DNA from: Minisyncoccota bacterium | Lineage (GTDB): Bacteria > Patescibacteriota > Minisyncoccia > Phycocordibacterales > GCA-2401445 | DNA length: 64,000 nt | Direction of reading: 5' to 3' | Assembly: GCA_040879725.1 (NCBI GenBank) | Contig: JBBDJV010000008.1 | Location: 17,856-81,855, forward strand | In this document: one piece after another, positions 10,353 through 21,018 of the stretch | Layout of the letters: each line of letters opens with the position of its first letter | Position numbering within the stretch: position 1 is the stretch's first letter | Made by a program: the position numbers and the translations under genes | Notes under the pieces: generated by a model | What the model saw: the letters and a program-made list of their open reading frames with translations, nothing else | Told to the model about the DNA's origin: nothing | Databases searched by the model: none

Positions 10353-11330
10353 TTATCTAAATATTTTACGAAGATTTATTCTGAGTTCTGATTCCGGTAT
10401 GCCAGCATTTTTACCTGCAATAATAGCTCGTACTGTCTGGACGTTGTTTTTCATAGCATTAAAGTAAGCATATTGAGGTGCGATACTCCACAGGTTCATA
10501 CTTTCTCGTTTCAAAAAAGAATGGATGTATTCTTCCGATAGTTTGTCTACAAGCGCAAATGAACTGTTATTTTCATATTCAGTAAGTGCCTGGTCCCAAT
10601 AATCACTTCCGCCGAAACGAGAAAAAAGCTCACGAGGTGAAAGTGATTCAAATACGAAATAGGGGATACTTCCATTGTGCGCAAAAATATCTCTTTGAGT
10701 AACATTCTTAAGTTTTGTAAGACGTAGTTTTGTCTTCAAATTAAATAAATCAGTAAGCAATGTAATGTATGAAAGTATGAAGGTGTTTTTTGTCGTTTTC
10801 GCAAACTCCGCCATCCCATTGAAGTATTCTTTATTCTTTATGGCATCAATTTCATACGAGTCTTTTACTGACTTTGCTTGTTCCACAACCTTGTGTAGAA
10901 AAGGGTGGATAGCCACTAGTGTGCCATCTGTAAATGCATCAAAGAGCTCTTTGGGTGTAAACATACCTGTCTCAAAACACGATGCTAAAATTTCTTCTTC
11001 GGACAATCCCTTCAGTGTACCCTTTATGATGTTTCTTATATTGTAAAAATCGTATTTATACCAGAGGGGAAGGAGAAGGTCAGGGTCGGGTGAAACTGAA
11101 ATCAAATCCTTTTTTGCTTGTGTTACGGCTTTTTCAAGTGACTCATTGATACTTGATGTACTTGCTAGATAGGGCGCTAGAAAAGTATCCTGAAGTGCAT
11201 CCATTATTTCACTTTCATTTCTTGCTCCAAAAAGCCTCTCAATCTGATTTTCTGATATAAGAGAAAACATCCGAGCAGTAGTGTATGCTCCGGCAAAAAG
11301 GTAGCTTGATTGTGAAGGGAATGTTTTCAT
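10353..11330 (-). CDS. ntpC: V/A-type ATP synthase subunit C (d-type)
   Basis: 325-aa alpha-helical protein in the canonical position between E and F. Confidence 0.65.
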   Translation of the reverse strand: MKTFPSQSSYLFAGAYTTARMFSLISENQIERLFGARNESEIMDALQDTFLAPYLASTSSINESLEKAVTQAKKDLISVSPDPDLLLPLWYKYDFYNIRNIIKGTLKGLSEEEILASCFETGMFTPKELFDAFTDGTLVAIHPFLHKVVEQAKSVKDSYEIDAIKNKEYFNGMAEFAKTTKNTFILSYITLLTDLFNLKTKLRLTKLKNVTQRDIFAHNGSIPYFVFESLSPRELFSRFGGSDYWDQALTEYENNSSFALVDKLSEEYIHSFLKRESMNLWSIAPQYAYFNAMKNNVQTVRAIIAGKNAGIPESELRINLRKIFR

Positions 11331-11893
11331 TATGAGAATAGTAATTTCGCTATCACTACATTCTTCTTGATTTTAATATCCTTTAGAATTCGCTCTAGTG
11401 TCAGGTCAACGAAAAAAGTTTTTCCTTCTAGAGCAAGGCCTGCAGAAAAAGAAGCTTCTTTCATTTCAGAAAGAGTAATGTTGATTTTCTGTAAAACTTT
11501 TTTAGTAATCTGAGTTCGCTTTGCTGGGCAATAGCAAACTACCGGTTCGTTAATTACTACTCCCGCTAAAATATTGGTGAGAAATTTTTCATATTCATCT
11601 TCGTCTGAAGAGAGTAATACCTTTTCTGCTTCTGAATAAACAGACTGAAGTAACTTCGTCTTTTCTCGTTCAAGTGAGATTTTTGATTCTTGAATAGCGG
11701 AATTTCTAACCTTAGCACCAGTCTGTTCAAGGATTGTGCTAGTTTCAATATCGAAGCTGTTTTCGAGCTCTGTAATATCACTATCGCACTTCTTCGAAAT
11801 TTCAAAAGCTTTATTTTTAGCCTCATCTAAAATTTTCTCAGATTCTGCAGAACCAACCGCTTCGATATGTTTTGTAATATCTTGAAGCGTCAT
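11330..11893 (-). CDS. ntpE: V/A-type ATP synthase subunit E
   Basis: 187 aa; N-terminal coiled coil plus C-terminal globular part, in the canonical position after K. Confidence 0.65.
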   Translation of the reverse strand: MTLQDITKHIEAVGSAESEKILDEAKNKAFEISKKCDSDITELENSFDIETSTILEQTGAKVRNSAIQESKISLEREKTKLLQSVYSEAEKVLLSSDEDEYEKFLTNILAGVVINEPVVCYCPAKRTQITKKVLQKINITLSEMKEASFSAGLALEGKTFFVDLTLERILKDIKIKKNVVIAKLLFS

Positions 11894-11896
11894 ATA

Positions 11897-12397
<501 letters not shown>

Positions 12398-12448
12398 TTA
12401 CTAAATAAAACTTACTAATAAATAATTACAAACATATTACCGGCTTCG

Positions 12449-14389
12449 TCACTCTATATTTACGAAGCGGGGAACACGTTTGAATACACGAAACTCTTTT
12501 CCTGTGTCGACGATAAATTTACTGAAGAATTCAACGAATTGCAAACGCGCGCTATGAATGAATGCACCAAGGATGTTAACCGTTAAATTAAAGAGGTGGC
12601 CGACAATAATTATGACAACGGCGACTGCTCCTCCAACAAAAGGAATTATTTCACCTATAAGTGACGCAATCAGGTTTACCGAGAAGGCCAAAGCGCTCGT
12701 CGCGAGTCCAAGGGCGAGGATACGTGAGTAGGAAAGGATGTCTGAAAAGTAATTTATTGAATCATACAAACTCATGACACCCTTAAATGCCTTTGAGAAA
12801 ATATTTTTTTCATGTCGTCCTTGGGTAATAATAAGTAACCCGACACCAACATAGAGCAGGTACGTATAGAATTGAGGGCTTCCTGCCGTGATTATACCAA
12901 ATGATTTCAGAGTGAAAAGAATTACTGCGGTAAATAGAAACAGCCATGGTCCATGCCCAATGATTCCATCGAGGAGGTTGTTATTCTTCCATTCGCGTAC
13001 AATTCTAAGTGTTATCCCGAACATTATCTGTAGCACTCCAAGTGCGAGTGATAGGAAGAGTACCGGAAGGGGATTGAGTACTGGGTTAAATGTCTGAATT
13101 TTTTGCGTCCAAGAAGGGAGAAGTGCCGTGTCTATTCCCAAATATCCTCCGAAGAGCAATCCTGCCAAAGAAGAGGCAAGTCCTCCTAAGAATAGAAGCA
13201 GGACAAATGGTCTGTTATCTCTCGGTAGTCTAAAGAAGGCAAGGAGAGAACCGGTAAGTATCATTACAAAGATTCCATATCCAACATCAGTTAAACAAAG
13301 TCCGAAGAAAATGAAGAAGAATGCAGATAGGAAAAGGGTAGGGTCGAGGTCGTTATACCCTGGAAGTCCGTAAAGCCGTGTAATTGTCTCAAATGGTTTA
13401 ATGAGCCAGTTATTCTCAATTTCAGTTGGAGGAATTTCTCCTTCACTAAGTGGTATTTCCTCTATGGCAAATAACCGTGTGTGCTTTGATATTTTTTCTT
13501 CAAGGTAAGGGATTTGTCGTTCTTTGATCCACCCTTCAAATACAAGCACAGAGTTTGTATGAAATGCATTATGTCCTACTTCATATCTCTCTTTTTTCCA
13601 GCGCAAGTAATCAGAAAGTTGTTTTAACTTATTTCTGTAGATGACATATTCTTGTATTTTATTTTTTGTCTTTTCTTCCAATTTATCGAGTTCAAGTAAG
13701 GAAGAATCAATTAGCTCAAGCTCTTTTTGAATACTGTGCGGTAAAGAGGGAAGGGTAACTTCTTCAGTTCCAGAAGATTTAATAATTTCAGAAACAATTT
13801 CTTTTTTCTCTTTAAGTACAACAAGTACATGCGCGTATTTTGAAACCTCTTCATAGTGATGCAGTATGCCGTTCTCTGTGAGAAGTGAGGACAGGTACTT
13901 TTTTGTTGCATCATTCCCAATTACGAAAAATGAAAATGTATACACTGAAGTGGCGCTTGCTTGAGCTGATGCCGAATAGTTTTTCCAAGGGGTGAGTAGC
14001 TCCTTCTTTTCAAGTAGTGAGGCACGTTCTGTTTTGCAAACATTGAGCGTTTTTTCTATGTCTTGTATTTCATTAACTATAGTGTGATAAGAGAAATTTT
14101 TCTCTAGATCAGAGCATTCCTCATCGGTTGTCGTTATGAAATTACCCTCAAGCTTTCTCTTGAAAGAAATTTTTTCAGGCAAGTGGGTATCCAGGAATGA
14201 TAGAGCAAAGTTAATAGAACTAAGCTCTCTGTTGTAATCAAACTCTGTTTGAGAATATTTTTCAAGGTTTTCTTTATTCTGTACTTCCTCAAAAGCGAGC
14301 GATCCTGATTTCTGTAGTTCCTTTAGGACTACATCTCGATCGTTTTTATGAAGAAGTAATTGAATTTTTTTTAGAGCAACAACAGCCAT
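12449..14389 (-). CDS. ntpI: V/A-type ATP synthase subunit I (a-type stator)
   Basis: N-terminal soluble coiled-coil half plus C-terminal multi-TM half with conserved Arg region; the ORF runs to 14455, but the ATG at 14389 (MAVVALKKIQ...) matches typical I-subunit starts. Confidence 0.8.
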   Translation of the reverse strand: MAVVALKKIQLLLHKNDRDVVLKELQKSGSLAFEEVQNKENLEKYSQTEFDYNRELSSINFALSFLDTHLPEKISFKRKLEGNFITTTDEECSDLEKNFSYHTIVNEIQDIEKTLNVCKTERASLLEKKELLTPWKNYSASAQASATSVYTFSFFVIGNDATKKYLSSLLTENGILHHYEEVSKYAHVLVVLKEKKEIVSEIIKSSGTEEVTLPSLPHSIQKELELIDSSLLELDKLEEKTKNKIQEYVIYRNKLKQLSDYLRWKKERYEVGHNAFHTNSVLVFEGWIKERQIPYLEEKISKHTRLFAIEEIPLSEGEIPPTEIENNWLIKPFETITRLYGLPGYNDLDPTLFLSAFFFIFFGLCLTDVGYGIFVMILTGSLLAFFRLPRDNRPFVLLLFLGGLASSLAGLLFGGYLGIDTALLPSWTQKIQTFNPVLNPLPVLFLSLALGVLQIMFGITLRIVREWKNNNLLDGIIGHGPWLFLFTAVILFTLKSFGIITAGSPQFYTYLLYVGVGLLIITQGRHEKNIFSKAFKGVMSLYDSINYFSDILSYSRILALGLATSALAFSVNLIASLIGEIIPFVGGAVAVVIIIVGHLFNLTVNILGAFIHSARLQFVEFFSKFIVDTGKEFRVFKRVPRFVNIE

Positions 14390-14393
14390 AATA

Positions 14394-14693
14394 TTACAAA
14401 AGTTCTTTAAGAATAAGTGCAGTTGCGCTACCTTTTTCTTTTTCCGCTTTTGCAATTATTTTTTCTTTTTGAGTTTCTGCGTCGAGGAGGATTTTTCGGT
14501 ACTCTTGCTTATAGATTTGCTTTTGTTCCTCAATTCTTTCTGATCGTTTTTTTAACAATTCTGCTTTTTTGTCTGATAGACGAGTTTCGGCGTCAATTTT
14601 AGCCTTAGCGACAATACTCCCCGCTTGTATACGGGTATCCTCGATTTTCTTTGCTACCGCTTGCTCTGTTTGTAAAATGGTTTCTGTATGCAT
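14394..14693 (-). CDS. V/A-type ATP synthase subunit G/H (small coiled-coil stator subunit)
   Basis: 100 aa from the internal ATG at 14693 (MHTETILQTEQAVAKK...); entirely charged coiled coil immediately upstream of ntpI; the rest of ORF 14394..14876 looks non-coding. Confidence 0.55.
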   Translation of the reverse strand: MHTETILQTEQAVAKKIEDTRIQAGSIVAKAKIDAETRLSDKKAELLKKRSERIEEQKQIYKQEYRKILLDAETQKEKIIAKAEKEKGSATALILKELL

Positions 14694-14791
14694 ATAGTTT
14701 TGATGAAAACACGGGGAATTATAGCAACAATTAAGTCTTTTGGAAAGGGCTATATTTTTTCGGTAGGGAAATATGTGGTATAGTGGTAAGT

Positions 14792-15016
14792 ATGAAAAAG
14801 CTATATTTATCAAAAGACAATAAAAAATTCCTTGGGGTGTGTGCAGGAATAGCAAAGTACTTTGACCTCGACCCAACCCTTATTAGGGTTCTCTTTGTGG
14901 TATTGGCACTAGTTACGGTTGTTATGCCTATGGTTATAGCCTATTTTATCCTTTATTTCGTACTTCCTGAGGATCCGGGTAACCGAAGTATGCTTTCCCG
15001 AAAGCCTCACGCGTAA
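14792..15016 (+). CDS. PspC-domain membrane protein
   Basis: MKKLYLSKDNKKFLGVCAGIAKYFDLDPTLIRVLFVVLAL matches the PspC-domain consensus, followed by a TM helix; ATG at 14792 (the ORF has a GTG at 14783). Confidence 0.7.
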   Translation: MKKLYLSKDNKKFLGVCAGIAKYFDLDPTLIRVLFVVLALVTVVMPMVIAYFILYFVLPEDPGNRSMLSRKPHA

Positions 15017-15035
15017 GGTGTGATGCTATAAATCC

Positions 15036-15347
15036 ATGGAAACCCCTCGTTTTTCAAAGAGAGTAGAGGACTTTGTTTGTGATAATTGCGGCAAAGAGGT
15101 TGTTGGTAATGGCTACCGAAACCATTGTCCGTTCTGTTTGTACGGAAAGCACGTTGATGTACTCCCGGGCGACCGATTAAGTGCCTGCAAGGGTACTATG
15201 AAGCCAATAGACGTAGAATTAAAGGGAAGTATAGAAAGAATTCGCTTTAAATGTATCAGTTGTGGTCATGAATTTGTAAATAAGGTAGCAGAGGATGATA
15301 ATCGCGATATTCTAGCTAATTTAAGCATTGCAAAAGGGCTTAAATAG
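15036..15347 (+). CDS. RNHCP-domain zinc-ribbon protein
   Basis: CDNCGK...YRNHCPFCLYGKHVD...CKG...CISCGH: literal RNHCP motif with paired Cys ribbons. Confidence 0.7.
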   Translation: METPRFSKRVEDFVCDNCGKEVVGNGYRNHCPFCLYGKHVDVLPGDRLSACKGTMKPIDVELKGSIERIRFKCISCGHEFVNKVAEDDNRDILANLSIAKGLK

Positions 15348-15391
15348 CCTTATTTAAAGCCACTATATCGCAAAAAAGCCACTATAAATAC

Positions 15392-15421
15392 TTGACAGAT
15401 AGGTACTATTTATGCTATAGT
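15392..15421 (+). promoter_or_regulatory. sigma-70-like promoter for the SLT-like gene, preceded by a 12-bp direct repeat
   Basis: TTGACA (15392-15397), 18-bp spacer, TATAGT (15416-15421), ~30 nt before the ATG at 15452; aaagccactata repeated at 15356-15367 and 15375-15386. Confidence 0.35.
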
Positions 15422-15451
15422 AGGTACATGAACATTTAAGTTCATATATCT

Positions 15452-15904
15452 ATGTCAATAATTACATTAGCTACATTTATTACGTTGTCACTGTTTGGAT
15501 CATCTACGAGCGATTTTGTTATCAATCATGATACATCAGTAACAGAGGCGTCGTATATTGAAAGAACAAGACTAAAAGAACGTACTGCCGAAGAGCTTAA
15601 AAAGGAAACACTAGAAGCACTCTTTACTGAGTTTAAAGATGTACCAAGCATGATTGCTGTTGCTCGATGTGAATCAAGCTTCAGGCACTACAATCCGGAT
15701 GGTACAGTACTCAGAGGTAGGGTTGATTCCAGAGACATTGGTCTAATGCAGATCAATGAATTCTATCACGGAGAAAAGGCAAGTGAGCTTGGAATCGACA
15801 TTATGTCTCTTGAAGGTAATATGAAGTACGCACGGTACCTCTATGAAAATCAAGGATTGTCACCATGGGGAGCCTCAAAGATGTGTTGGGAAAAATACAT
15901 TTAA
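15452..15904 (+). CDS. secreted lysozyme-like / lytic transglycosylase (SLT-domain) protein
   Basis: Signal peptide; catalytic Glu context ARCESSF and GLMQIN typical of family-1 transglycosylases. Confidence 0.6.
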   Translation: MSIITLATFITLSLFGSSTSDFVINHDTSVTEASYIERTRLKERTAEELKKETLEALFTEFKDVPSMIAVARCESSFRHYNPDGTVLRGRVDSRDIGLMQINEFYHGEKASELGIDIMSLEGNMKYARYLYENQGLSPWGASKMCWEKYI

Positions 15905-15924
15905 TAAAAATAAAAAGTAAAAAT

Positions 15925-15960
15925 AAAATCCGCATCCACTGTGATGCGGATTTTATTTTG
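15925..15960. terminator. rho-independent terminator (A-run/T-run flanked, bidirectional)
   Basis: 12-bp stem aaaatccgcatc/gatgcggatttt, 6-nt loop, then attttg. Confidence 0.55.
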
Positions 15961-16128
15961 ATGCAGTTGGAAGGGGTAGGGTTTATAAATAAAAATAAAA
16001 GTCCCAAATACTTAGTACTGGATTAAGTGTAATTTAGCCCTATAGGGAAGTTTAGCTGTATGTCGCACAATATATCTTTTGCGACATAGAGTTTGTTTAA
16101 TACGCTTTAGGATAAAGAAATCCTGCAT

Positions 16129-17436
16129 TTATATCTTTGGAAGATAGTCTAGCGGGTCTAAGTACGCGCTTGTTGCAGCCGCTGGTGTGGTTAGCCCTCC
16201 GCATGCAGTTGTTGTTCGGATACTTTCAAATGGCACTATGTCCACACCTTCAGTTGCGTACACTGTAAAGTGCAAATGAGGTCCGGTACTGAAGCCGGTA
16301 TTTCCTGTGTAACCGATAGTGTCTCCAGTTGAAACAGTCTCCCCTGTTTTTACGTTTATAGAAGACAAGTGAGCATACAAGGTTGAGAGTCCATTTGGAT
16401 GCGTTATAAGTATCCATTTACCCCAAGAGTAACATCCTTTTTTTGCATCGGTATTTCCGGTTCCACTAACAACGCCTGACAGTGGTGCACTTAGTTTTGT
16501 TCCAATAGGTGCCGCAAGGTCAACTCCTGGATGGTATGCGCGTCCACCGTAGATACTTGGGTTCTTTTTAGCGAATTCACTGTTCCCAAAGAGTTGAGTT
16601 ATCCTAATAGATGCTAGTGGCCAACGGAATACTGTAGTTCCCGGTGTAGGGATAGATGTTGGATCAAGTATGAACTTTAGCTGTGCTTCGAACTCTTGCA
16701 ACTCTCTTTCAAATCGAGCCTTCTGCGCAATTTTCTCATTTAGTATTTTTTGGTACTCGGATTCCTTATTTTCAGTTTGTTCCAGTAAAGAACTTTTTTC
16801 TGATTTTGTGTACAGTACCGCTTCCTTTTGACCTCCAAGTTCACCTCTAAGGCTTGAAAGTTGGTTTTTGCTTGCTATAAGCTGTGCTTTTTTACTTTCC
16901 AGGTCGTCTTTAAAAAATCTTAGACTTGAAAGATTTTCACTAAGTTTTGCTTGGAATTGTGAAATAGAGTCAAAACCAGACCAAAAGTCTGAAAGCGTAT
17001 CGTACTGCAAGAGTAGCTCAATAATTGAGTAATTATCTGCCTCGTTTATTTTTACAATACTTTCAGTCAGAGCAGTCTCAGCTTTATAAATGTCTGCAAG
17101 CTTGAAGCCAATTTCAAAATTGAGTTTTTCGATCGTATCGTTTGATTGGTTTATTTTCACTTCAGTTAGTCTAATATCATTTTCAAGCTTTCTCTCTGAA
17201 AGCTCCAAAGTCTGCACGGTATTCTGAAGAGACATTTTCTCTTTTTGTACAAGAGTTATTTCCCTTTGTTGTCGTTCAATTTCTTCTTCAAGTTTCTGAA
17301 TCAAACTACCCCGTTCCTCTATTTTATTTATTAAATCATTTGCGTTCTGAGCTGAGGCAGATATAAAAAACACCAATGATATTACTATGGACAAAAGAAC
17401 GTAAAAAGATACTTTAAGTACTGATTTTGATTGCAT
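16129..17436 (-). CDS. M23 family metallopeptidase with N-terminal coiled coil (EnvC-like murein hydrolase/activator)
   Basis: Signal peptide, ~250 aa coiled coil, C-terminal M23 motifs (YHPGVDLAAPIGT, GPHLHFTVY). Confidence 0.8.
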   Translation of the reverse strand: MQSKSVLKVSFYVLLSIVISLVFFISASAQNANDLINKIEERGSLIQKLEEEIERQQREITLVQKEKMSLQNTVQTLELSERKLENDIRLTEVKINQSNDTIEKLNFEIGFKLADIYKAETALTESIVKINEADNYSIIELLLQYDTLSDFWSGFDSISQFQAKLSENLSSLRFFKDDLESKKAQLIASKNQLSSLRGELGGQKEAVLYTKSEKSSLLEQTENKESEYQKILNEKIAQKARFERELQEFEAQLKFILDPTSIPTPGTTVFRWPLASIRITQLFGNSEFAKKNPSIYGGRAYHPGVDLAAPIGTKLSAPLSGVVSGTGNTDAKKGCYSWGKWILITHPNGLSTLYAHLSSINVKTGETVSTGDTIGYTGNTGFSTGPHLHFTVYATEGVDIVPFESIRTTTACGGLTTPAAATSAYLDPLDYLPKI

Positions 17437-18775
17437 GAGAAATTCGTTTTAACGTTTCCTGCTTGCCAATAATCTCAGCTACCGTAAATGGATCTGGAGA
17501 TTTTTCTTTTCCAGTAAGAGCTACCCGAAGCGGCCAGAGCACCTCTCCCCTACCATTTTCTGTTGCGTATCCCCACAGGGCTTCCTTTACACTATTTGCA
17601 TTAAAGCGACTTGTGGTAACTGATTCAAGTAGCTCGCTTACCCTCTCGAGGTGAAGCACTGTGTGTTCACTGTTTTGCTCTTTGAAAGTTAAAATTTTCT
17701 TACTGTATTCTGGTGCCTCAAAAAAGTAAGAGAAAAATTTACCTGAGTACAAATGTGGAATATCTGAAAACTTTTTTATTTCTCTTTCAGAAAGTACAGT
17801 AATAACTTTCTTCATTTTTTCTTCAGAATAATCTTTATGATTTCTTAATTCTGAAGGTATGAAAGGAAGTGCTCTTTCATACCGAGATGTACTTGAAAGG
17901 AGTCTAATATGCTCGCTGTTGTACCAAAGTAATTTTTCTTTATTCCAGATAGCACCCCCCTTCTGTATTCCCCCCAGTTCAAAGGCTTCAATAATCTCAT
18001 CAGACTTCATAACCTCTCTTTCATCTCCCGGATTCCAACCCAAAAACGCCAAGTGGTTTATAACTGCTTCGGGAAGAAAACCATCATCACGTAATGAGGT
18101 AATAGGTTCAGCTCCGTGCCTTTTTGAAAGCTTTGATCTATCAGGACCTAAAATAAGCGGAATATGAGCGTAGATTGGACGAGGTGCGCCAAGTGCCTCC
18201 TGAATAAGTATTTGGCGTGGAGTGTTTGAAATACCATCCTCTCCGCGTATAACGTGTGTTATACCCATTTCAAAGTCATCCACTACAACCGCCAGATGGT
18301 AAAGGGGTTCGGTAATACTTTTAGCAATAACAAAGTCCTCCAGGTCAGTAGTATCAAAAGAAATTTCTCTACGTATTGCGTCCGTGAAAGTAACAACTTT
18401 ATTTGGGTTCTTGAACCGTACAACCTCTACTTCACTTCCATCACCTGATTTTGCTTGCTCACGTGAGATATACGCATTTCCCGATTCAATAAGTGAGTGT
18501 ATGTGGCGCGTGTATAATTCCTTTCTTTCTGACTGCCTAAAAAAAGAATCATACTCTATTCCAAGCCAAGATAAACCTTCAATAATATTTTCCTCAAAAT
18601 GTTTTTCTGAGCGCTCAAGATCAGTGTCTTCAATTCTGAGTACCAGCGTCCCTTTCATTTTTTTTGCAAACAAGTAATTGAAAAGTGCGGTGCGTGCGCT
18701 TCCTACATGAAGAAAGCCTGTTGGACTCGGTGCAAATCTTACAACTATTTTTTTATCAGTTTCTTGTGTGTTCAT
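17414..18775 (-). CDS. gltX: glutamate--tRNA ligase
   Basis: RFAPSPTGFLHVGSARTALFNY (HIGH region) and KLSKRHG (KMSKS); 453 aa. Confidence 0.9.
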   Translation of the reverse strand: MNTQETDKKIVVRFAPSPTGFLHVGSARTALFNYLFAKKMKGTLVLRIEDTDLERSEKHFEENIIEGLSWLGIEYDSFFRQSERKELYTRHIHSLIESGNAYISREQAKSGDGSEVEVVRFKNPNKVVTFTDAIRREISFDTTDLEDFVIAKSITEPLYHLAVVVDDFEMGITHVIRGEDGISNTPRQILIQEALGAPRPIYAHIPLILGPDRSKLSKRHGAEPITSLRDDGFLPEAVINHLAFLGWNPGDEREVMKSDEIIEAFELGGIQKGGAIWNKEKLLWYNSEHIRLLSSTSRYERALPFIPSELRNHKDYSEEKMKKVITVLSEREIKKFSDIPHLYSGKFFSYFFEAPEYSKKILTFKEQNSEHTVLHLERVSELLESVTTSRFNANSVKEALWGYATENGRGEVLWPLRVALTGKEKSPDPFTVAEIIGKQETLKRISHAIKIST

Positions 18776-18781
18776 GTAGTA

Positions 18782-19906
18782 TTAGTGAGCTATAGCGACA
18801 CGGATAAGTTCTTGAGCGATAAGTTCTGCTGCGTGCGGACGAGAAAAGTCCTTTGCTGCGAGCTTCATGCTTTCCTTTAATTTTGAGTCTGAAATAATTC
18901 TTCGAATCTCTGCTACTACAATGTTAGGACTAAGGTTAACTTCTTCAATAACGTGCCCTGCCCCACTTCGCGCATAAGCATAGGCATTTTTTCTCTGGTG
19001 ATCTCCATTTGATTTTGATATAGGAACTATAATAGATGGAAGTTGCCATTGCGCTACTTCAAAGAGGGTTGAACCTGCGCGGGTAATCACCACGTCGGCA
19101 ACACCTGCGGCGTACTTCATGTCGAGTACCGGTAAGTAAGCAAATTGGTGGTATCGTTTCTTCTCAGGCACTGAGTGAAGAATAACATCAGAAAGACTTT
19201 TAGTTTCTTCATCATTATTCTTCCCAACTTGGTGTATTACTTGAACTTCAGGCAGCAGTGTCGGCAGTGCGCTAAGTATCGTTTCATTAATTATCTGTGA
19301 ACCTTGTGATCCTCCCAATACCAATAAAACCGGCACATCAGGTTCTAGTTTAAAATGCTCGTGTGCTCCATTTTGCTCTGGGATAAGTAGCTCTTTTCGT
19401 ATTGGATTACCGGTGTGAGCCACGATATTCTTTTTTGGAAAATACTCCACTGCACTCGGGTAAGAAATAGCGATTCTTTTTGCAAAGGAAGCAGCAAATT
19501 TATTCGCTCTTCCAGGCACCGTGTCTGACTCATGAATAACTACCGGAATTCTTAAAATTCGTGCCGCAAACACAACAGGAAAAGAGGTAAAGCTTCCTTT
19601 CGAAAAAACCACGTCGGGATAGACGCTCCATAGTTTTAGTACTGCTTGAAAAGCACCCAGAATTGTTTTAAATACATCGAGAAAATTTAGTAGAGAAAAG
19701 TAAACACGCATCTTCCCAGCTTTGACTTGAACAAAAGTAATATTTCTTTCAAAAAGCATTCGTTCATTATATTTTTCTGGACCAAAGTAAAATAGCTCGG
19801 TAGGTACCAGCTTTTCCTTTTCTTCTATTTCTCTAATGGCATCAGCTACCGCAATAAGTGGGTAGAAATGCCCTCCTGATGAACCTCCGGTTAGTGCAAT
19901 TTTCAT
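18782..19906 (-). CDS. murG: undecaprenyldiphospho-muramoylpentapeptide beta-N-acetylglucosaminyltransferase
   Basis: MKIALTGGSSGGHFYPLIAVA is the N-terminal G-loop of MurG; GT-B fold; adjacent to ftsW. Confidence 0.9.
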   Translation of the reverse strand: MKIALTGGSSGGHFYPLIAVADAIREIEEKEKLVPTELFYFGPEKYNERMLFERNITFVQVKAGKMRVYFSLLNFLDVFKTILGAFQAVLKLWSVYPDVVFSKGSFTSFPVVFAARILRIPVVIHESDTVPGRANKFAASFAKRIAISYPSAVEYFPKKNIVAHTGNPIRKELLIPEQNGAHEHFKLEPDVPVLLVLGGSQGSQIINETILSALPTLLPEVQVIHQVGKNNDEETKSLSDVILHSVPEKKRYHQFAYLPVLDMKYAAGVADVVITRAGSTLFEVAQWQLPSIIVPISKSNGDHQRKNAYAYARSGAGHVIEEVNLSPNIVVAEIRRIISDSKLKESMKLAAKDFSRPHAAELIAQELIRVAIAH

Positions 19907-21018
19907 ATACGTTGATATTTAGAAACATTGAGTACAATTCCAAGAGAAGTAAGCGTCACCGCAAGTGCTGTTCCTCCATGACTCACAAAAATGAGAGGCA
20001 TTCCCGATAAGGGAAAAACACCAAGCATTGATGCAATATTAATAAGCGATTGCGACACTATCAGTATAACAATTCCTACCACTAACAGTCCACCAAATAG
20101 ATCTGGTGCGTGTTTTGCAATTCTCAAACCAAGCAACAAAAAAGTGGTAAAAAGTGCCAGCAGTGTTGTGGAGCCAACAAAGCCAAATTCCTCCCCTGCT
20201 ACAGCAAAAATTGAATCTCCTATCGGTTCCGGCAAGTAGCTAAACTTCTGAACGCTTTGCCCGAAACCTCTTCCGAATACCTGCCCCGAGCCGATAGCTA
20301 TTAGTGATTGTTTTACTTGAAAACCAGAGCCTTGGGGGTCACTTAAAGGATTAGCAAATGTCATCACTCTGTCTAAAATGTAAGGTTTCCAAGCCACAAC
20401 AATAGCTGCAAAAACACAAGCTATTACTCCAAGTGTGAGAATGTCTTTCATGTTTGCGCCCGCTGCAATATACATTGATCCGGCGGAGAGACCGATAACA
20501 AGTAGGGTTCCTGCGTCAGGCTCAGCAAGGAGTATGGCAGAGACAAGTCCCATGAGTAGTACAAATGGAATTATTCCATATTTAAAAGAGTGCATTTTTG
20601 ACTTTATGCCGGAAAGCCATGCGCTGAGATAAATAACAAATCCTATTTTCAAAAGCTCTGATGGCTGAAAAGAAAGCGACCCTATAGATATCCAGCGCCT
20701 TGCTCCCCCACTTTCAAATCCTATTCCGGGGACGAATACAAAAAGAGAAACAAAAATTGAAGCTAAAAAAAGATAAAATGCATACCGACGAAGGTTCCTG
20801 TAATGCACTTGCGACATAATAATCAAACCAATCCCTCCAAAAACAAAACCAAACAGTATCTGCCTGCTTATTATATGGGTAAAACTAGCACCATCTCTTG
20901 CGTATAGACCCATTGAGGCGGAAATAAATATAATGAAACCTGCTGCAAGAAGTGCAAGTATCGATGCTAAAAACCAGAAATCTACTCTTCTCTCTTTCAT
21001 ATTAAAGCATGAGAGCAA
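19903..21018 (-). CDS. ftsW: SEDS-family peptidoglycan polymerase (FtsW/RodA)
   Basis: 10-TM protein with SEDS conserved segments; between mraY and murG; 4-nt overlap with murG. Confidence 0.8.
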   Translation of the reverse strand: MLSCFNMKERRVDFWFLASILALLAAGFIIFISASMGLYARDGASFTHIISRQILFGFVFGGIGLIIMSQVHYRNLRRYAFYLFLASIFVSLFVFVPGIGFESGGARRWISIGSLSFQPSELLKIGFVIYLSAWLSGIKSKMHSFKYGIIPFVLLMGLVSAILLAEPDAGTLLVIGLSAGSMYIAAGANMKDILTLGVIACVFAAIVVAWKPYILDRVMTFANPLSDPQGSGFQVKQSLIAIGSGQVFGRGFGQSVQKFSYLPEPIGDSIFAVAGEEFGFVGSTTLLALFTTFLLLGLRIAKHAPDLFGGLLVVGIVILIVSQSLINIASMLGVFPLSGMPLIFVSHGGTALAVTLTSLGIVLNVSKYQRI

